A DNA stretch of 63,612 bases, the filler included, from Reticulomyxa filosa (Eukaryota > Protista > Foraminifera), in assembly GCA_000512085.1 (NCBI GenBank). It is 23 parts of 23 records of this genome, joined end to end, with 100 filler letters (N's around TTAATTAATTAA, not from the genome) between each part and the next. Parts side by side here need not be neighbours in the genome. Positions count along the whole stretch, not along the records: positions 40,902 to 42,323 come from ASPP01017627.1; positions 42,424 to 45,009 come from ASPP01029461.1; positions 45,110 to 49,243 come from ASPP01025387.1; positions 49,344 to 52,576 come from ASPP01001310.1; positions 52,677 to 54,742 come from ASPP01016067.1; 18 more parts are not named here. One strand, written 5' to 3'. Each line of letters begins with the position of its first letter. Position 1 is the first letter of the stretch. This document shows, piece by piece, positions 40,902-54,842 of the stretch. The notes beneath the pieces were generated by a model. That model ran no database searches. It was not told the DNA's origin and worked only from the letters and a program-made list of their open reading frames with translations. Made by a program: the position numbers and the translations under genes.

Positions 40902-41100
40902 GTGATATGTTCTGGATCAATGGATAATACAATTCGATTTTGGGATATTCGATCAAATAAGAATGAATTGTATATGATCAAAGGAGATGAGATAGATAAC
41001 AATGGAATATTTTGTCTTAAGTTTATTGTGTTGAAAAAGAAAGAGAAGACAAAAAATGTTAATATGATTTGAATTTGTGTTATGGTTCATTGAAAGATCT
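40902..41100 (+). pseudogene. WD40 family C-terminal fragment
   Basis: VICSGSMDNTIRFWDIRSNKNELYMIKGD...GIFCLKF, followed by a frameshift/stop. Confidence 0.7.
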
Positions 41101-42782
41101 CATTTTTATTTGGTGATAATTGAATTTTTTGTTGAACAAGAAATGAAAGGGTTTTGTTTGAAATATTTGATTAAAGAAAAGTATGTTGATATTAAACTTA
41201 TTTGATTTGATTGAGCACAAACTAAAAGATGTGTTTTATCTTACTTTATTGTTTAAAAAAGTTGAAAAAACTACATTCAACGTTTTTTTGAAGAATTGAA
41301 AAGCATAATAAATGAAAACTGTACTTCGAAGAGAATTAGATTGTATTTTTGTGATCTTATAAAACTTTATTCAAATCAATATTGACTCATTACATATGGA
41401 ACATCAACAATGTAAGAATATTATTAAAAACGAATTTATGACTTTGACGAAATGATTTCTGAAAATGTTAAGTTATTTAACAATATAATATTTAACTTAG
41501 TCTAAAGTATTAAAGAAATGAAAATTTCATATGAATATTCCAATTACATAATGAAAAAATGCATTTGAATTATGACAACAGAGTTGATAAGTTTTCATTT
41601 GGCATTGAATGAGCACACTTTTTATATCAAATAATTAGAACGGATCAATAGTTTAGATATATGTTAAGCAAAACAATTTAATTTTGACATAATAAAGTAC
41701 AAAATTCATTTAACACACATCACATTCAATTTTTTTAATTTAAATAAGTGTGTTGATAGTTGTCAAAATTATTTCATTAAACGATTGGAAGTGTTTTCCT
41801 TTTTTTTGCATAAACACAAATGAGCTTAGCAAATCAGTTGGCTAATAAAGACAGTAATTTGTTTTGGGAATATATTGCAAATTATTGAACTATGAACAAA
41901 TATTTGTAAATGTCTCCACTTTTATATGTTTAACCCTTTTCTGTCACTTGTTTTGTTTCCACAATGATATAATAAGCAAAGTGTGAATTGTGCACAACAT
42001 TAAATGAACGCTCAATATCTTAAATCCACATCCTGTTGATAATAATTTTAATCAATTTTTCTGTTCGAAAACATGAAAAACTGGATATAATGTCTTTGTT
42101 TAGAATAATTCAAGTCTCTTGATTATTACAACAGATCTTAGATAGAGAGTATTGAATAAAAGCACAATCTGAAACTTCGTTCATTGTGTTCCCATTAGAC
42201 AATTTCTTCATATCAAATTAAATTTGATGAATAGTGTCAAAACATAAAAAATTAAAGTGCCCTAATTCAATCGATTGAGTTATCGAAATTATGCAAAGCA
42301 AATATATTCTTCCAGATATCATANNNNNNNNNNNNNNNNNNNNNNNNNNNNNNNNNNNNNNNNNNNNTTAATTAATTAANNNNNNNNNNNNNNNNNNNNN
42401 NNNNNNNNNNNNNNNNNNNNNNNATGAATCTGCTAATCAAAAAAACAAATATATTTTGATTTAAGAAAGTTTACATTTTTGAAGTTTTTTTTATACAAAG
42501 CAATAGTTTTGGAAAATTTATTTTCATGAAGAAAAACAAGATTTGTTTTTTTGATAGAACTAATAGTTTGTTATTTACTTGAAGATATTGATTTTTAAAT
42601 AGACAAAGAGCTACGAAAAAGTTTGTTCAATCTTTTTTTTATTGTTTTTAATTGCCCCTTTGTTGATCACAAATTATATCAGAAAAAACATTTCATATAC
42701 AAAATGAATCTTGAAGGTTTGTTTGTTTTTTTGAATGTACAAGTTATTTATAAAATAAACAGAAAGATGTATTGTATAAATC

Positions 42783-44766
42783 TTGGTTAAACGGGCTGAA
42801 ACAAAAATAGCCAAGTCGAGTAGATCAAGTACTTCCCAAATTCAACAATCACATGATCGCAAAACAAAAAAAAACCGAAGCAACACATTGATGCAACGAA
42901 TCACAGGAAAGCTCTATTCCAGCTTTTCATCATTTCCAGATGACCCAAGAAAAGCACATTTTTGGCTTCACATGGCTCACCAAAAAGAACATTTGCAGTT
43001 GAGTACTAATACGGACGACACGTTGGGAGTAAAGGCCCTGTTTGGGGGGTATGCTTGGCGTACGTTTGATATGTTTTGGGGATAACAAAACCAAAACAAA
43101 AGAAGAAGAAACATGGTATTTGGGAATATGGTCTTGGGAAAGTCAAAAATATGAAGTTATGAATTGTCAATGGTACTGGACATGCAGTCAGGTGATATTA
43201 ATTGCATTAAAGCAAAAAGGTGTAATTCATATTTAGAATAAATGTTTTCAAACGAGACATGTTTGTATACATTTGTGGACAAGATCGTATCGCTCATCCA
43301 AGACATTGCCAACACCAACGAGAGCGCCGAGACAGACATCAATGTGCATTTATGAGTCATTATAAAGTCTGCTACGGCGACGACTCTGACAAGTCGCACA
43401 GTAATGAAATACAAAGCTATTGTGCAGGTGTTCCGATAGTGTATGACCACCCTTTTCGTTTGCATTAAGTCAGCTGCTGTTTAAAGAATTCGCAATCAAA
43501 GTGATGGACGTGGCGTGCAGTACATTGCAATGCAGTTGTTGGTAGCATATTATGCGGCAATATAAACTAGCGATATCTCAAAAAAGTGATTAAAACGAAG
43601 CAAGGCCAGCGAAGTAGCATTCTTTTTCATCTGCGATGTGGAATCGGGCTATCGGCTGCAGTGGGCAGGCTTGGGGCATGTTTGTGGAAGTCAAAATGAA
43701 AGGGCTTCAACAGTTTTCAAAAAAAACCAGAGTTTGTAATTGCAATAGACTGGACAGACGACGATGTCTTCACATCTACCACGTTGCTGTCTTTGTATAT
43801 ACTCTTGATCAATCACTTGTGTCATAGCTGTGGACACTTGGGCTGCAAGTTGTCAAAAGATAGCCTTTTTTCACTTGCTAAGAATGCTATTCATTATGAT
43901 GGGAGTCTCGTGCGGATTTGCAATGTTGCGAAAACAGCCTTTTAAGGAATGAACGCTTTGTATCAATTGTATTTGCTGTTTCGTGAAATGGTAGACTAGA
44001 ACCCCAATATAGCGACAACAAAGGGGTATCTCTGTTGTGACTGGTAGTGGAACACAATATTGCAAATGAACATCACATAAATGACTAGGACAGTTTGGAC
44101 TTTGAAATGGTGGCTCTGTGTCACTGTTGCTAATGTCTTTAATCAAACCATTGAGATTTCATTTGTTCAGATTATTGATGTCAACAAAGTTGTATCGTCC
44201 CAACTGTTGAGTATCTCGTCTTGCATCCATTTGAACAGTGCTTTCTCGGTCCAGTATCGACATGTTGACTTTCATAGATTTGTATTTGCGTAACAATCAC
44301 ACCTTTTTAGAAAGCGTCCAAGTCCATGGGACCAGCGTGCAAGGGACTCTACACTTTCAGATTGTTTCGTCCTCCACGTCTTTACTCAGTTCATTGAACA
44401 CAAGCAATGAGAATTGTATCTCAGCGTATGATCTTCTGCAAAAAACAGTCATTGGTGAAACGTATGAGTAAAAAAAAGCCGTTGGTGTTGGAGATCCAAT
44501 TCGCATTGGAAAACTGAGAGAATATTCCAATGCGTTTGGGGCCGATTGCCGTGATTCCTGTCCAATGGCATGCCTTTGCGTACGTATCAAATCTCGTCAA
44601 AAGTGGACAACAGTCCTGGAAACAAGCATATGATCCGCCAAAGCCTCATCGATCAATTACAGAGTTATCAAATGAGTTACTTGTGTCTGCACAGAGTAAT
44701 GACAAAGCAGAAAAAGCAGATATTGAACAAGAAAAGAAAAAGAAAAAGAAAAGCAAAGAGCAATGA
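42783..44766 (+). mobile_element. Decayed Mutator-like (MULE) DDE transposase with SWIM finger
   Basis: Frameshifted pieces GVIHI.., GDDSDKSHSNEIQSYCAGVPIVYDHPFRLH (MULE D..A...P...CxxH-like) and CNCNRLDRRRCLH (SWIM CxCxnCxH, 43735-43773). Many stops, no introns. Confidence 0.4.
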
Positions 44767-45941
44767 AATATAGCGAAATAGACAACCAATCAACTTACTA
44801 CGCAACAACACAATGCTCTTATCGTCATGACACACCCTCGCGTCTTCATGTTCACAACACAAAACCAAAGACTGTTCATATCTTCGACTATAAAAATTCT
44901 TCAACTCTTGGTTTGCTCCATCTTCTTTTTTAAAAATTTTTGGAGTTATTTGCGTTGGTGATATATAATAATTGAATAAACAAAAAAAACATCGCTGCTC
45001 AACTGTCGCNNNNNNNNNNNNNNNNNNNNNNNNNNNNNNNNNNNNNNNNNNNNTTAATTAATTAANNNNNNNNNNNNNNNNNNNNNNNNNNNNNNNNNNN
45101 NNNNNNNNNCTTTATGATTGTGATGTTAAAGAATTATCTTTGGAGACTTTGTGATGTATGAGCCATTAAACAATAATAAAGAGGTGTCAAAAAATATATC
45201 TCCAATGATTTTTTTTCACTTAAAAAATTCACTAGTTTTCAGTTTAACGAACAAAACCAGTGTTTTTTGTTCACGCAAGAGTTTTTTTTATCGTTTTTTC
45301 TTTTTCCCTTTTTTTCAGTTAATTTGCGGTATAATGCAGCTTTTTTGTTTTTGTTACCTGTGTGATTGTGTTTTGAAAAAATAAAGGTATGTGTTCTTTT
45401 TCTCTTTTTTTTTTGTAAGAATGAACGCGATGAAAAAGTGTTACTAACTTGAAAAATCTGAAAAAATAAATGTTGAAAAAAAATTGCACAAAAGGACTAG
45501 CATTCTGATTTTTCAATTTTCTATTGTGATTTTTATTTGGTTTCTTTTTATGAATTTTTTTTTTGTTATTGCGAAATTTCGAATAGGTGCAATAAGTGAA
45601 AAAATTTCCGTATTGTTTGAAGTTGGAAATGGAAGGATTGGGAAAAATAATAAGGGGCTTTGTGATTGGATGGTTACAAAGTAATTGTAGTGTGAGAGGA
45701 TGTGTTCGTTTCAAATTAAAAATTTTTAAAATAAAGACAAATTTCAAACAAATATTCAAACTAGCTTTTTTATTGATATTTCATATAAAAAATAAAAGAT
45801 CGTTATCTTCACCAAGCACACAAAGTCAGTAATTATCTGAAATTGAACTATTTTCACTTATTTTGAATTAACATAAATTTGCAAAAAGTTGAAAAGGGTT
45901 TTGTTTTAGAAAAAAACTAAAAAACTAAAAACTTCTTAATA

Positions 45942-48900
45942 ATGCATTCTTTAGTTCAATACGTGGAGAAAGGGTATCATCATCTAAGACAATCTAATCG
46001 ACTTCGAACGGTAGTAAAAGATAGATATTTACGTGATGATATAGGTTGTGGGTCAGTGGGTTGTCTTGACTGTACTTATGGAGGAAGCAGTCGAGCAACA
46101 TTAAGTGATGATGAAACTGCAACTAATATCCACATCATTCCAGATACAAATGTGTTATTGTATCAATTGGATGTATTATTTCACGATGAGTTTTTGCGAA
46201 AACGAGACAAATTAAAAGGTTCACAGTATACAATGAATATGATTATATTAGGAAGTGTGATGGAACAAATTGAAAATACGAATCGAGGAAAACATCGAAA
46301 GATCAAAACATTGTTACAAAAGAAGCGTCCAGAGGAAGAGGAATGGGATGAATATGGACATTCACATGATGATGCATCATTATCAAAAAGTAAATCAACT
46401 AAAATTAATCTGGACAAAGACATATTTCATATGTATACATTTGCAAATGGTTATCATAAACATATTTACAAACCAAGAAAAAAGGGACAATCATTGAATG
46501 ATTATTCAACCGATATGCTTTTGCGTACATATCATTGGTATAATGCACATTGGCAAGCCAAACTCAAACAAAAAAGGAAAATGTTTATTATTTGCAACAA
46601 CGATCCAAATGAAAAGAAGAAGTATTTCAAGCATTTGAATGAGAAAAAGGATAATGAAAATGATGAAGAGAAAGAAGAAGAAGAAGAAGATATTCAAGTG
46701 TTATGTATTGATGAATTATTGGCAAAATTTTATGCTCCAGTTGACGAAATAGCATATAAACTGCTCACAGATTGTTTATCTCATATCGTGATCACATCAT
46801 CAATGGATCTGTCACGTGGATTCTTTTCATCGTCATTGGCATTTACAAACCATTGGAGCTTGGATCGCATCGAACGCGAATTAGAAAATAGTACGATAGT
46901 GAAAGGTAAGTACTTGTCATTATACGTCCGAGGACCTGGAGAGAACTGGCAAGGTAGCATAACTCCAGAAGGACATACTTATAAAGTCCTTATTCAAGGC
47001 CTGTCGAATATCAATCGCGCCGTTCACGATGACATTGTCGCAGTGCAATTGTTGCAAGATACAGACGAACAAAAGGATGATAATAAGGTAAAAACAGTCA
47101 AAGGAAAGGTGGTTGGAATTATTGCCAGAAATTGGCGTGAATATGTTGTAAGTATCGAAGAAACAGATAAAAAATCAGGTATGATATATATATATATGAA
47201 CTATATGAATATATATAATATATATATATATGTATATATATTCATATATGATAGGCATTGTCAAGTGTATTCCAATGGAACGTCGTATTCCGAAAATATT
47301 GATTGAAACACAACAAGTAAGTAATCTGTTGGATAAACGCATTGTCGTACGCATCGACAGATGGGATGCAGATAGTATGCTTCCTTATGGTCATTACATT
47401 CAAACAATTGGAAAAACTGGAGACTTTGAAGTAGAGACACAATGTTTGTTGATCGAACACAATATTCCTAATACAAACTTATGGAGTGATGCAGTATTAC
47501 AATGCTTGCCTCGAAATGATGAAATTCCTGAATCGGAACGGAATAATCCTAAACGACGAGATATTCGTCATTTGTGTGTATTTAGCGTGGATCCACTTGG
47601 ATGCACTGATATTGATGATGCTTTACATTGTTTGGAATTAAGTAATGGTAATCTAGAAATTGGTGTGCATATTGCAGATGTGGCATTTTATGTAAAAAAT
47701 GGAACTCCATTGGACGATGAAGCAAGCAAAAGAGGTACATCAGTATATTTAGTGGATCGACGTTTAGATATGTTACCATCATTATTATCAACTGATGTAT
47801 GTTCACTTGTGGAAGGAAAAGATCGATTGACATTTAGTGTAAGTTGGGAAATGACAAAAGATGGAGAGATTCTTGATACACAATTTTATCGATCTATCAT
47901 TTGTAGTCGTGCTGCATTATCATATCGAATGGCTCAAGATCGAATTAATTCACAAATGCCAAAAGATGATATTACTGATGGTTTAACTCATTTATTGGCC
48001 ATTTCTGAAATCTTAAAAAAAAAAAGAATTGAAAAAGGATCATTGGTTTTAACTTCTCCTCAACCTTATTTTCGATTAGATAAAGAAACAAAGAAACCTA
48101 CTAAATTAGAACCTTATCCTATGTTACCAACTAATTCTATGATCGAAGAATTTATGTTATTGGCTAATATTACTGTTGCTAAACAAATTGTTTCTAAATA
48201 TCCATCTTTTGCAATGTTACGAAGACATCCTTATCCTTCTCCTAATATGATGGAACCTTTAGCTAAATGTGCCTCTGTTAAAGGCTTTCGATGGGAAATG
48301 GAAAGTCCAAAACAATTAAATCAATGGTTAAATGATTTTGCAAAAAAAAATCAGCATTTGGATATATTAATTCGATCTCTTGCTATTCGTTGTTTAACAC
48401 AAGCTTTATATTTCACAAGTGGAGATGTTGATCCTGTTCAATTTTTTCATTTTGGTTTGGCTACTGATATTTATACACATTTTACTTCTCCTATTCGAAG
48501 ATATGCTGATATTGTTGTTCACAGACAATTAGCCGCCAGTATTGGTATGTTATCATTAGATAAATAATATATGCATATACATATATATATATATTTTTTT
48601 TTTTTTATATAGGTATTGCACCATTACCAGAATCAATCAAAGATAGAAATCGTATGTCAGTCATTTGCGAAAATATCAATCGCAGACATCGAATGGCACA
48701 ACGAGTTGGTATAGCCAGTGATGAATTATATACATTAATGTTTTTTGATGGAAGATGTGTCGAAACAGATGCTGTTATATCTTCAGTAGATCGTTTATCC
48801 ATTGATGTACATATATCCGAATATTGTATGGAGAGAAAAATATTTATTGTAAGCAAAAATGATGCTGATAATGATAATGGCTCTGCTTGGAAATTTGATG

Positions 48901-49112
48901 ACAAATCACTCATCTTATACAGAGTTACACCACCAGCTGTTCAATATCAAGTTTTTGATCCTGTTCGCGTTCAAATCACTGTTCATACTACTAAAGCCAC
49001 AAATCAAAAAAAACTTGTTGTTAAAATTATTGGAGATGATAATGCTTCTAAATTGTTTAAACCTGATATTGAAAATGAGGACATACATCAACCTGCGAAT
49101 GCTGCTGAATAA
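45942..49112 (+). CDS. DIS3: DIS3/Rrp44-family exosome ribonuclease (3 exons)
   Basis: YLRDDIGCGSVGC, PIN domain IPDTNV, CSD INRAVHDDIVAV, RNB SVDPLGCTDIDDALH and YTHFTSPIRRYAD, then S1. Introns 47179-47254 and 48545-48612 join in frame. Confidence 0.95.
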
Positions 49113-49343
49113 TTTTTTTATTATTGTTGTTTGTTTAACAGTTTGATTGTTAATCAAATTTTTTTGAATTAACTTGTTTTTATTATCAGACCGAACCAAG
49201 CTTCTTTTCAAAACTTAAAAAAACACAAGTATTTCATTGTTCTNNNNNNNNNNNNNNNNNNNNNNNNNNNNNNNNNNNNNNNNNNNNTTAATTAATTAAN
49301 NNNNNNNNNNNNNNNNNNNNNNNNNNNNNNNNNNNNNNNNNNN

Positions 49344-50038
49344 AAACGATATGAAGAATATAATAATATAGTGACCTCCTCCATAATAAACAGCAAATAG
49401 TTTCAATTTGAAGGGCATATGAAGATATTGAATCGGAAAACAATATCGGGAATAACACATCCAATCAATCAAATACAAACTTGGTGGGGCCTTTTCCAAT
49501 GCGATATTCAAGCCAAGAAAATACAAACTCTCAATACCACATCCTGTCCTTGGTAGTAATACCTGCGTTCTCAAGGATCACTCCGTTTCGCAGATACATG
49601 GACAGTCCTGCCATCTAAACACGAGCGAGATCTATCATTCCACATTTGAAACAATGCCGGTTCTCTGTCTAGAGACAACTATTCAACACATTAGACAATG
49701 ACCAAATCATTGTATTTAATGTGAATAAAAATAAGGCCAAATACTGCCTTCATCGATTGTTATTTCCATCATTGTGAATACTACGCGATGTGTGAGTGTG
49801 ACCGTGTTCGTAATCCATTCAGTTTGTTTTCTACTAACAACGCTTCATCGTGTGCGTCCATGTTGTGTCCGTTTGCCGGTACCGTCACACGCGCCCAGTC
49901 TTCTGTTGGACAGTTTTGCACTTGATTGCACCAAATGCAATGGTTGTCTGAATGGTATGTGATCATGTCGCCAGTCGTACACACAACCAAAGTGATACAC
50001 AATAACGTCCACCACAATGACACGCTCTTTTTCATCAT
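49344..50038 (-). pseudogene. Hypothetical secreted/membrane protein, broken frame
   Basis: Signal peptide-like MMKKSVSLWWTLLCITLVVC and a Cys-rich segment. Downstream protein-like pieces are interrupted by stops. Confidence 0.35.
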
Positions 50039-50444
50039 TTTTTTTTTGTTGGCTCTTCAATAGCTGTTTGCACTTTAAAAGATCATTGATTACAACATCA
50101 AAAAATAACTTTTTATTCTCACGACCTGTTCCGTGTGTTGTTTAACTTACCACCATTATCAAATCCAAAAAAAATGATTCTCAATTCTTGTTACTAAACT
50201 TTTTTTTATTTATTTATTAAAATTGTTTTAATTTCAAATTACAATTTATGTTTCTATACACATACGCACTTTTGTTGCTTTGGCGAACTTTTTTCTCCCT
50301 CTTCATGTTTGTTGTATGAAAATCTTTCTTTTATACATTAAAGAGCTGAGAAACGTACAACACTTTACTCAATTGCATGCTTATCTTGCTGTTTATCCCG
50401 CGAATGTGGTCTGACAGCCTGTCAGTGTCAGTGCATTGTCTCGT

Positions 50445-50700
50445 ACGACACGCTCTTGGTGCACAAGTAGCAAATCTTCAAAAACGGGAAGTTCAATGGA
50501 GACATCCATCCAAACAACATCATGCCCATGCCCGGTGGACGTCTTTGGTCTATTGACTACGGTCAGTTGAAGTACATTTCCAAGGAAGAACTCGCTCACT
50601 TGATCGAGCTGATCATTGACCTGGCTGATCGCAATTCGGAATATGTTGACGAAAAGGTCGATGAAATGGGGTTTCGATTCCCAAACTTATAGACCATTAC
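50445..50700 (+). pseudogene. ABC1/UbiB (ADCK) atypical kinase fragment
   Basis: LLVHK*QIFKNGKFNGDIHPNNIMPMPGGRLWSIDYGQLK resembles the ABC1 motif FNGDPHPGNI...LIDYGQVK. It contains an in-frame stop. Confidence 0.7.
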
Positions 50701-53399
50701 TTTTCAAAGTCATGACCACTATTAGAGTTGGGATGCGTGAGACGACAAGTGTATTTGCAAGAGGTTGGAGTTGTACAGGTATCTTTTTTTGGGGGGGTTT
50801 TCTCACTTGTTTACTTGTCTACAAGTCAAAATGCAATCAATCAATTTTTTTAGATAATCTTTTTTCATCCAATCAAAAAAAAAAGTGTAAAACGATTGCA
50901 ATATATACAATACACAAACACATACACAGATACAAATTTGATTATATGAAAGATTGTGAAATATTAAGAGAGCATTTTTACACGCATGGAGGCTCCGAAC
51001 ATTTTGTTCTTGTTCTTTTTTGGAAATTGTTGAAGCATTTACTGTGGCCACTTTTTTCGTTAAACTTTTTTTAAAAATTGGAGTATGCTTCTTTTTAATC
51101 TATTTACATTTAGTCTTTTTAAGTGAAAAGAATTTTTAGATTAGAAAAAGACCAACTTTTTTCTTATTGATCTATGATCCACAAAACAAAGTATAACAAT
51201 TGCGTTTCCAATCAGCTCGGCATTTCTACAATTTGTCAAAAACTTTTTCTTATTTTTGTCTTAAAGTGGCTTTATTGTTCATTGCATGTCCTTCTGTTTC
51301 AGTGTGTCCAGTAGAAGTGTAGGGAGGGGGACAAACGGAGGAAAAAAGATTGAGTGAAAAGCTTTGGCTATTTAACAGCATGAAATCGTTGTTGGATTTA
51401 TTTCAGAGACGAAGCTGTAATGTGATTTAGAATTAATAAAATGTTGATAAGTGTAAGAATTTCTCAATTACACAATATTGCAAAACCGACATTGAATAAA
51501 TAAAAATAATTAAATTAACATTTCAATTGAAAAATTTTTGTAATAAAAGCAAAAACAAAACACAAAAAACGTTACAGTAGTTCTTTGTTCAAAATGTTCA
51601 TTCATGGTAAAAGATTTTTGGCGATCTGTGTTCGCTGCCTTTCCTACTTGGAGTTCATTTGTTTGTCCTTCATTCGAAGAGAAGTGAAAGAACAATACAC
51701 TGTTTTGGTATCATTTGCAAGAGTAATGTAATGCAATAATTTTACTAACAAACAAATTGTTTTGATATATTGTCCTACGAGACATCTGCGATAATATTTT
51801 TAAGAATGTGACGATAGACATAGAACCTATACTTCAAATCAAAGGAATCAACAGTGTGTTATTCTATTAGCAAAACTGAGTTTTGATGATTTGTAATTTG
51901 GAAATTTTGCTTTTAGCATATACGTGTCATACACCAAACCTTGCAGCTCCAACAATGTATTACATTGATGTGAAAAATTAAAGGGAATAATTTGAACAAA
52001 CTAAATTTGTTTCGTCAAAAAAAAAATATAGCTTCAAAAAGAGAAAATCTATTGACAGTTAAATACAAAGTATCAAAATAAAAAATTATTTCTGACAATT
52101 TCTTTGATGCTTTGAACATGTTTGGGTAGTTTAGATTGATACAATTGGCGAAATTACGTTGTTGTCTTCTGTACAGAGGAATTCACAACTCACACATTGA
52201 CAATGGAATATATAAGTAAGTGGAAGCAATCATCATTTGCCATTTATCACTTCTCCTATTGGCAACGTTAATTTACTTCAATTAGATCAATTTCAATTTA
52301 TTAAATATGAAAATTTATACCACAAATACAAACTTGATTTTTCAAGTAAACAGACAGGTCTCAAATTGAATAAAAAGTAATTTTGTTTTCAGCAAGAAGC
52401 ACGATCCTTGAAATAAAACTGTACTTCGATACAAAATGAAACTTTTCCTTTGTCTCAAAAGGTACGGTAAATCGAAGTATTTTACTTGTAACTTAAAAAT
52501 TAAGGACACATCCAATTCCACTTTAATCTACAAAAAACACAACTGCAATAGTTCTTACATATTTTTTTCTACATTCNNNNNNNNNNNNNNNNNNNNNNNN
52601 NNNNNNNNNNNNNNNNNNNNTTAATTAATTAANNNNNNNNNNNNNNNNNNNNNNNNNNNNNNNNNNNNNNNNNNNNCCACTGTTTTCGGCACTATATTGA
52701 AACACGCACAAATATGATAATACAAGGTAAGTCGAGTCTCTTTTTGTCGTTGTTGTGGATTTGGAAATATTTTTTTCATCGTAGTCATTGATTCACCAAT
52801 CATCGAGTTCGACTCCCAACATTTCTTTATCAAAACTAAAATCAGCACACATTGACTTTTCCGTCACTGCCACCACCCCCCCCGTGTACATTGAGCAACA
52901 CCAAAACGATCACTTCTTCACCTTTACTAATTTTAACGAATTTAACATCGCTTCATTTTACCACGAGCCCAATCTCAAGCAGCAAATCCCCACTCAAAGT
53001 TTCGTATCCGTCTTGGCAATGTGAATGGGCAAAATTCTCCAGTTAAACAATGGAGTCACATGTTCTTCCTTCACTCGCAAGTGTTTCTTTTCTTTCTTTT
53101 TATTATTGTTACAATTTCATTTTCATCGTCGTTTTTCTTATACGTATTCTATTGTCCTTACAACTCGGCCATTGAATTTTGTCATACTTTGCAAATAGCC
53201 ATCTTTTTTATGCGGATCCTCACTGCATTAAAGATTGCCTTTCTCATCAAAAATCACTTTTTCGCCTTGCTTCAATCTTTTGCATTTTACATCACACGAA
53301 TCGAGTCTTGAGCACAAAAGCAAAAACAAATTAATAACAAGTATACATATAAACATGTACATATTTATTTATTTGTTTGTTTGTTGCAAACTGGAAATA

Positions 53400-54500
53400 C
53401 TATCTATGTAATGTTCCAATGAGTTGTTTCTCGATTGCAGTAAGTAAGCATTTCTTGACAAATTCCGATCTCTTTTGTTCATCGACTCCAACTTCTTCTC
53501 TGCCGCCGTTGTGACACCACAATGTTGGTATTTTTTCTACTTTACGCATATCTCCACACTTTCTTTTTTTTCTTCTTAGTGAGCTTTCTTTCGTCGTCTG
53601 GCTGACCAAGATCCAACTTTCAGTGCATGAACTGGTAGAATCTTGTCCAACTGTTCCACTGGAGCGGATGGAGTTTGTATTTTAAAAAAATTGTCTTATT
53701 TGTGATGAGACACATTGAGCAGTCATTTCCAGTACATCCAAAGTTTGGATTGGAACTTTAATGATAGAATAACATTTTTTTTTATTCTTAGGCGTATTTG
53801 TTGTAAACGATTTCTCCCATCAGCTTATGCAAGGCTCAAAATCAAAGCTGCGAATGTGCGTATGCATACAACCAGTTTCGGCACTAGTTCTTAATTGCTG
53901 CGTTTCGATTGTTGTCATGAATTGTTAAAGGTTGCTTGCCGATATCTTGACGGAGTTTCGCCACCAAATTGGACCAATTTCACACGAAGCATCCTCCTAA
54001 TGTAATGATTTTCTCAATTGCCATTAGTAAGTGTTCTTAACAGCTTCCACTTTTTTTTCACCACCTTCAACTTCTTCTTTAATGCCGTTGCAACACCACG
54101 ATATCGTTATCTTTTTTAATTTGCGCGTATCATCGCATCTTTCTTCTTTTTCTTCTTGGTGAGCTTTTTTTTGTCGTTTGGAGGCACCAAGACCCAACTT
54201 TTCGAAATTCATCTGGGAAAATCTTACCCGACTGTCCCACGATAGCGGATGGACGTTGTAGCTGAAAAAAAATCTCTCACTTATGATGATGACACACTTT
54301 GAGATGCATTTCCAGCACATCTAATATTTGAATTGGCGATTTAATGATGTTGGACTAACATTTTTTTCATCTTTTTTCATTATTGTGCGTGTTCGTTGCG
54401 AACAATCTATCACGTCAGCATATGCACTGGGCAAAATCCAAAAGCTGCGAATGTGCGTACGCACACGACAGTTTTTGCACGAGTTCATGATCTCTTTGTT
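53400..54500 (-). repeat. Diverged tandem duplication (unit about 590 bp) of a decayed coding segment
   Basis: Paired motifs ccaaga.ccaacttt (53606/54187), agcggatgga (about 53663/54243) and aaagctgcgaatgtgcgta (about 53845/54441). Confidence 0.75.
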
Positions 54501-54842
54501 GATCCAATCTTCTTGTGCTTTTTTCTATTCTTCATTTTCATCCAACTCCCTTTTATTTTTTCCTCTTCTCCTTTTTTCTCTTTTTCATTTTTTTCTCGTT
54601 TTGTTTTTTTTTTTTACAAATTTCCATTTTTTTTAATTTTTCAATATTTTCCATTTTTTTATTTTCTCCTTCTTTTTTATTTTCTCCTTTTTTATTTTTT
54701 TCATTTTTTCACATTCTTAAATAAAATTTTTCTACATTTTTTNNNNNNNNNNNNNNNNNNNNNNNNNNNNNNNNNNNNNNNNNNNNTTAATTAATTAANN
54801 NNNNNNNNNNNNNNNNNNNNNNNNNNNNNNNNNNNNNNNNNN

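Noticed and set aside
41315-52429. Exact 15-mer AAAACTGTACTTCGA shared by two contigs
   Set aside because: There is no clear extended similarity, and 15-mer matches are expected by chance in AT-rich DNA of this size.
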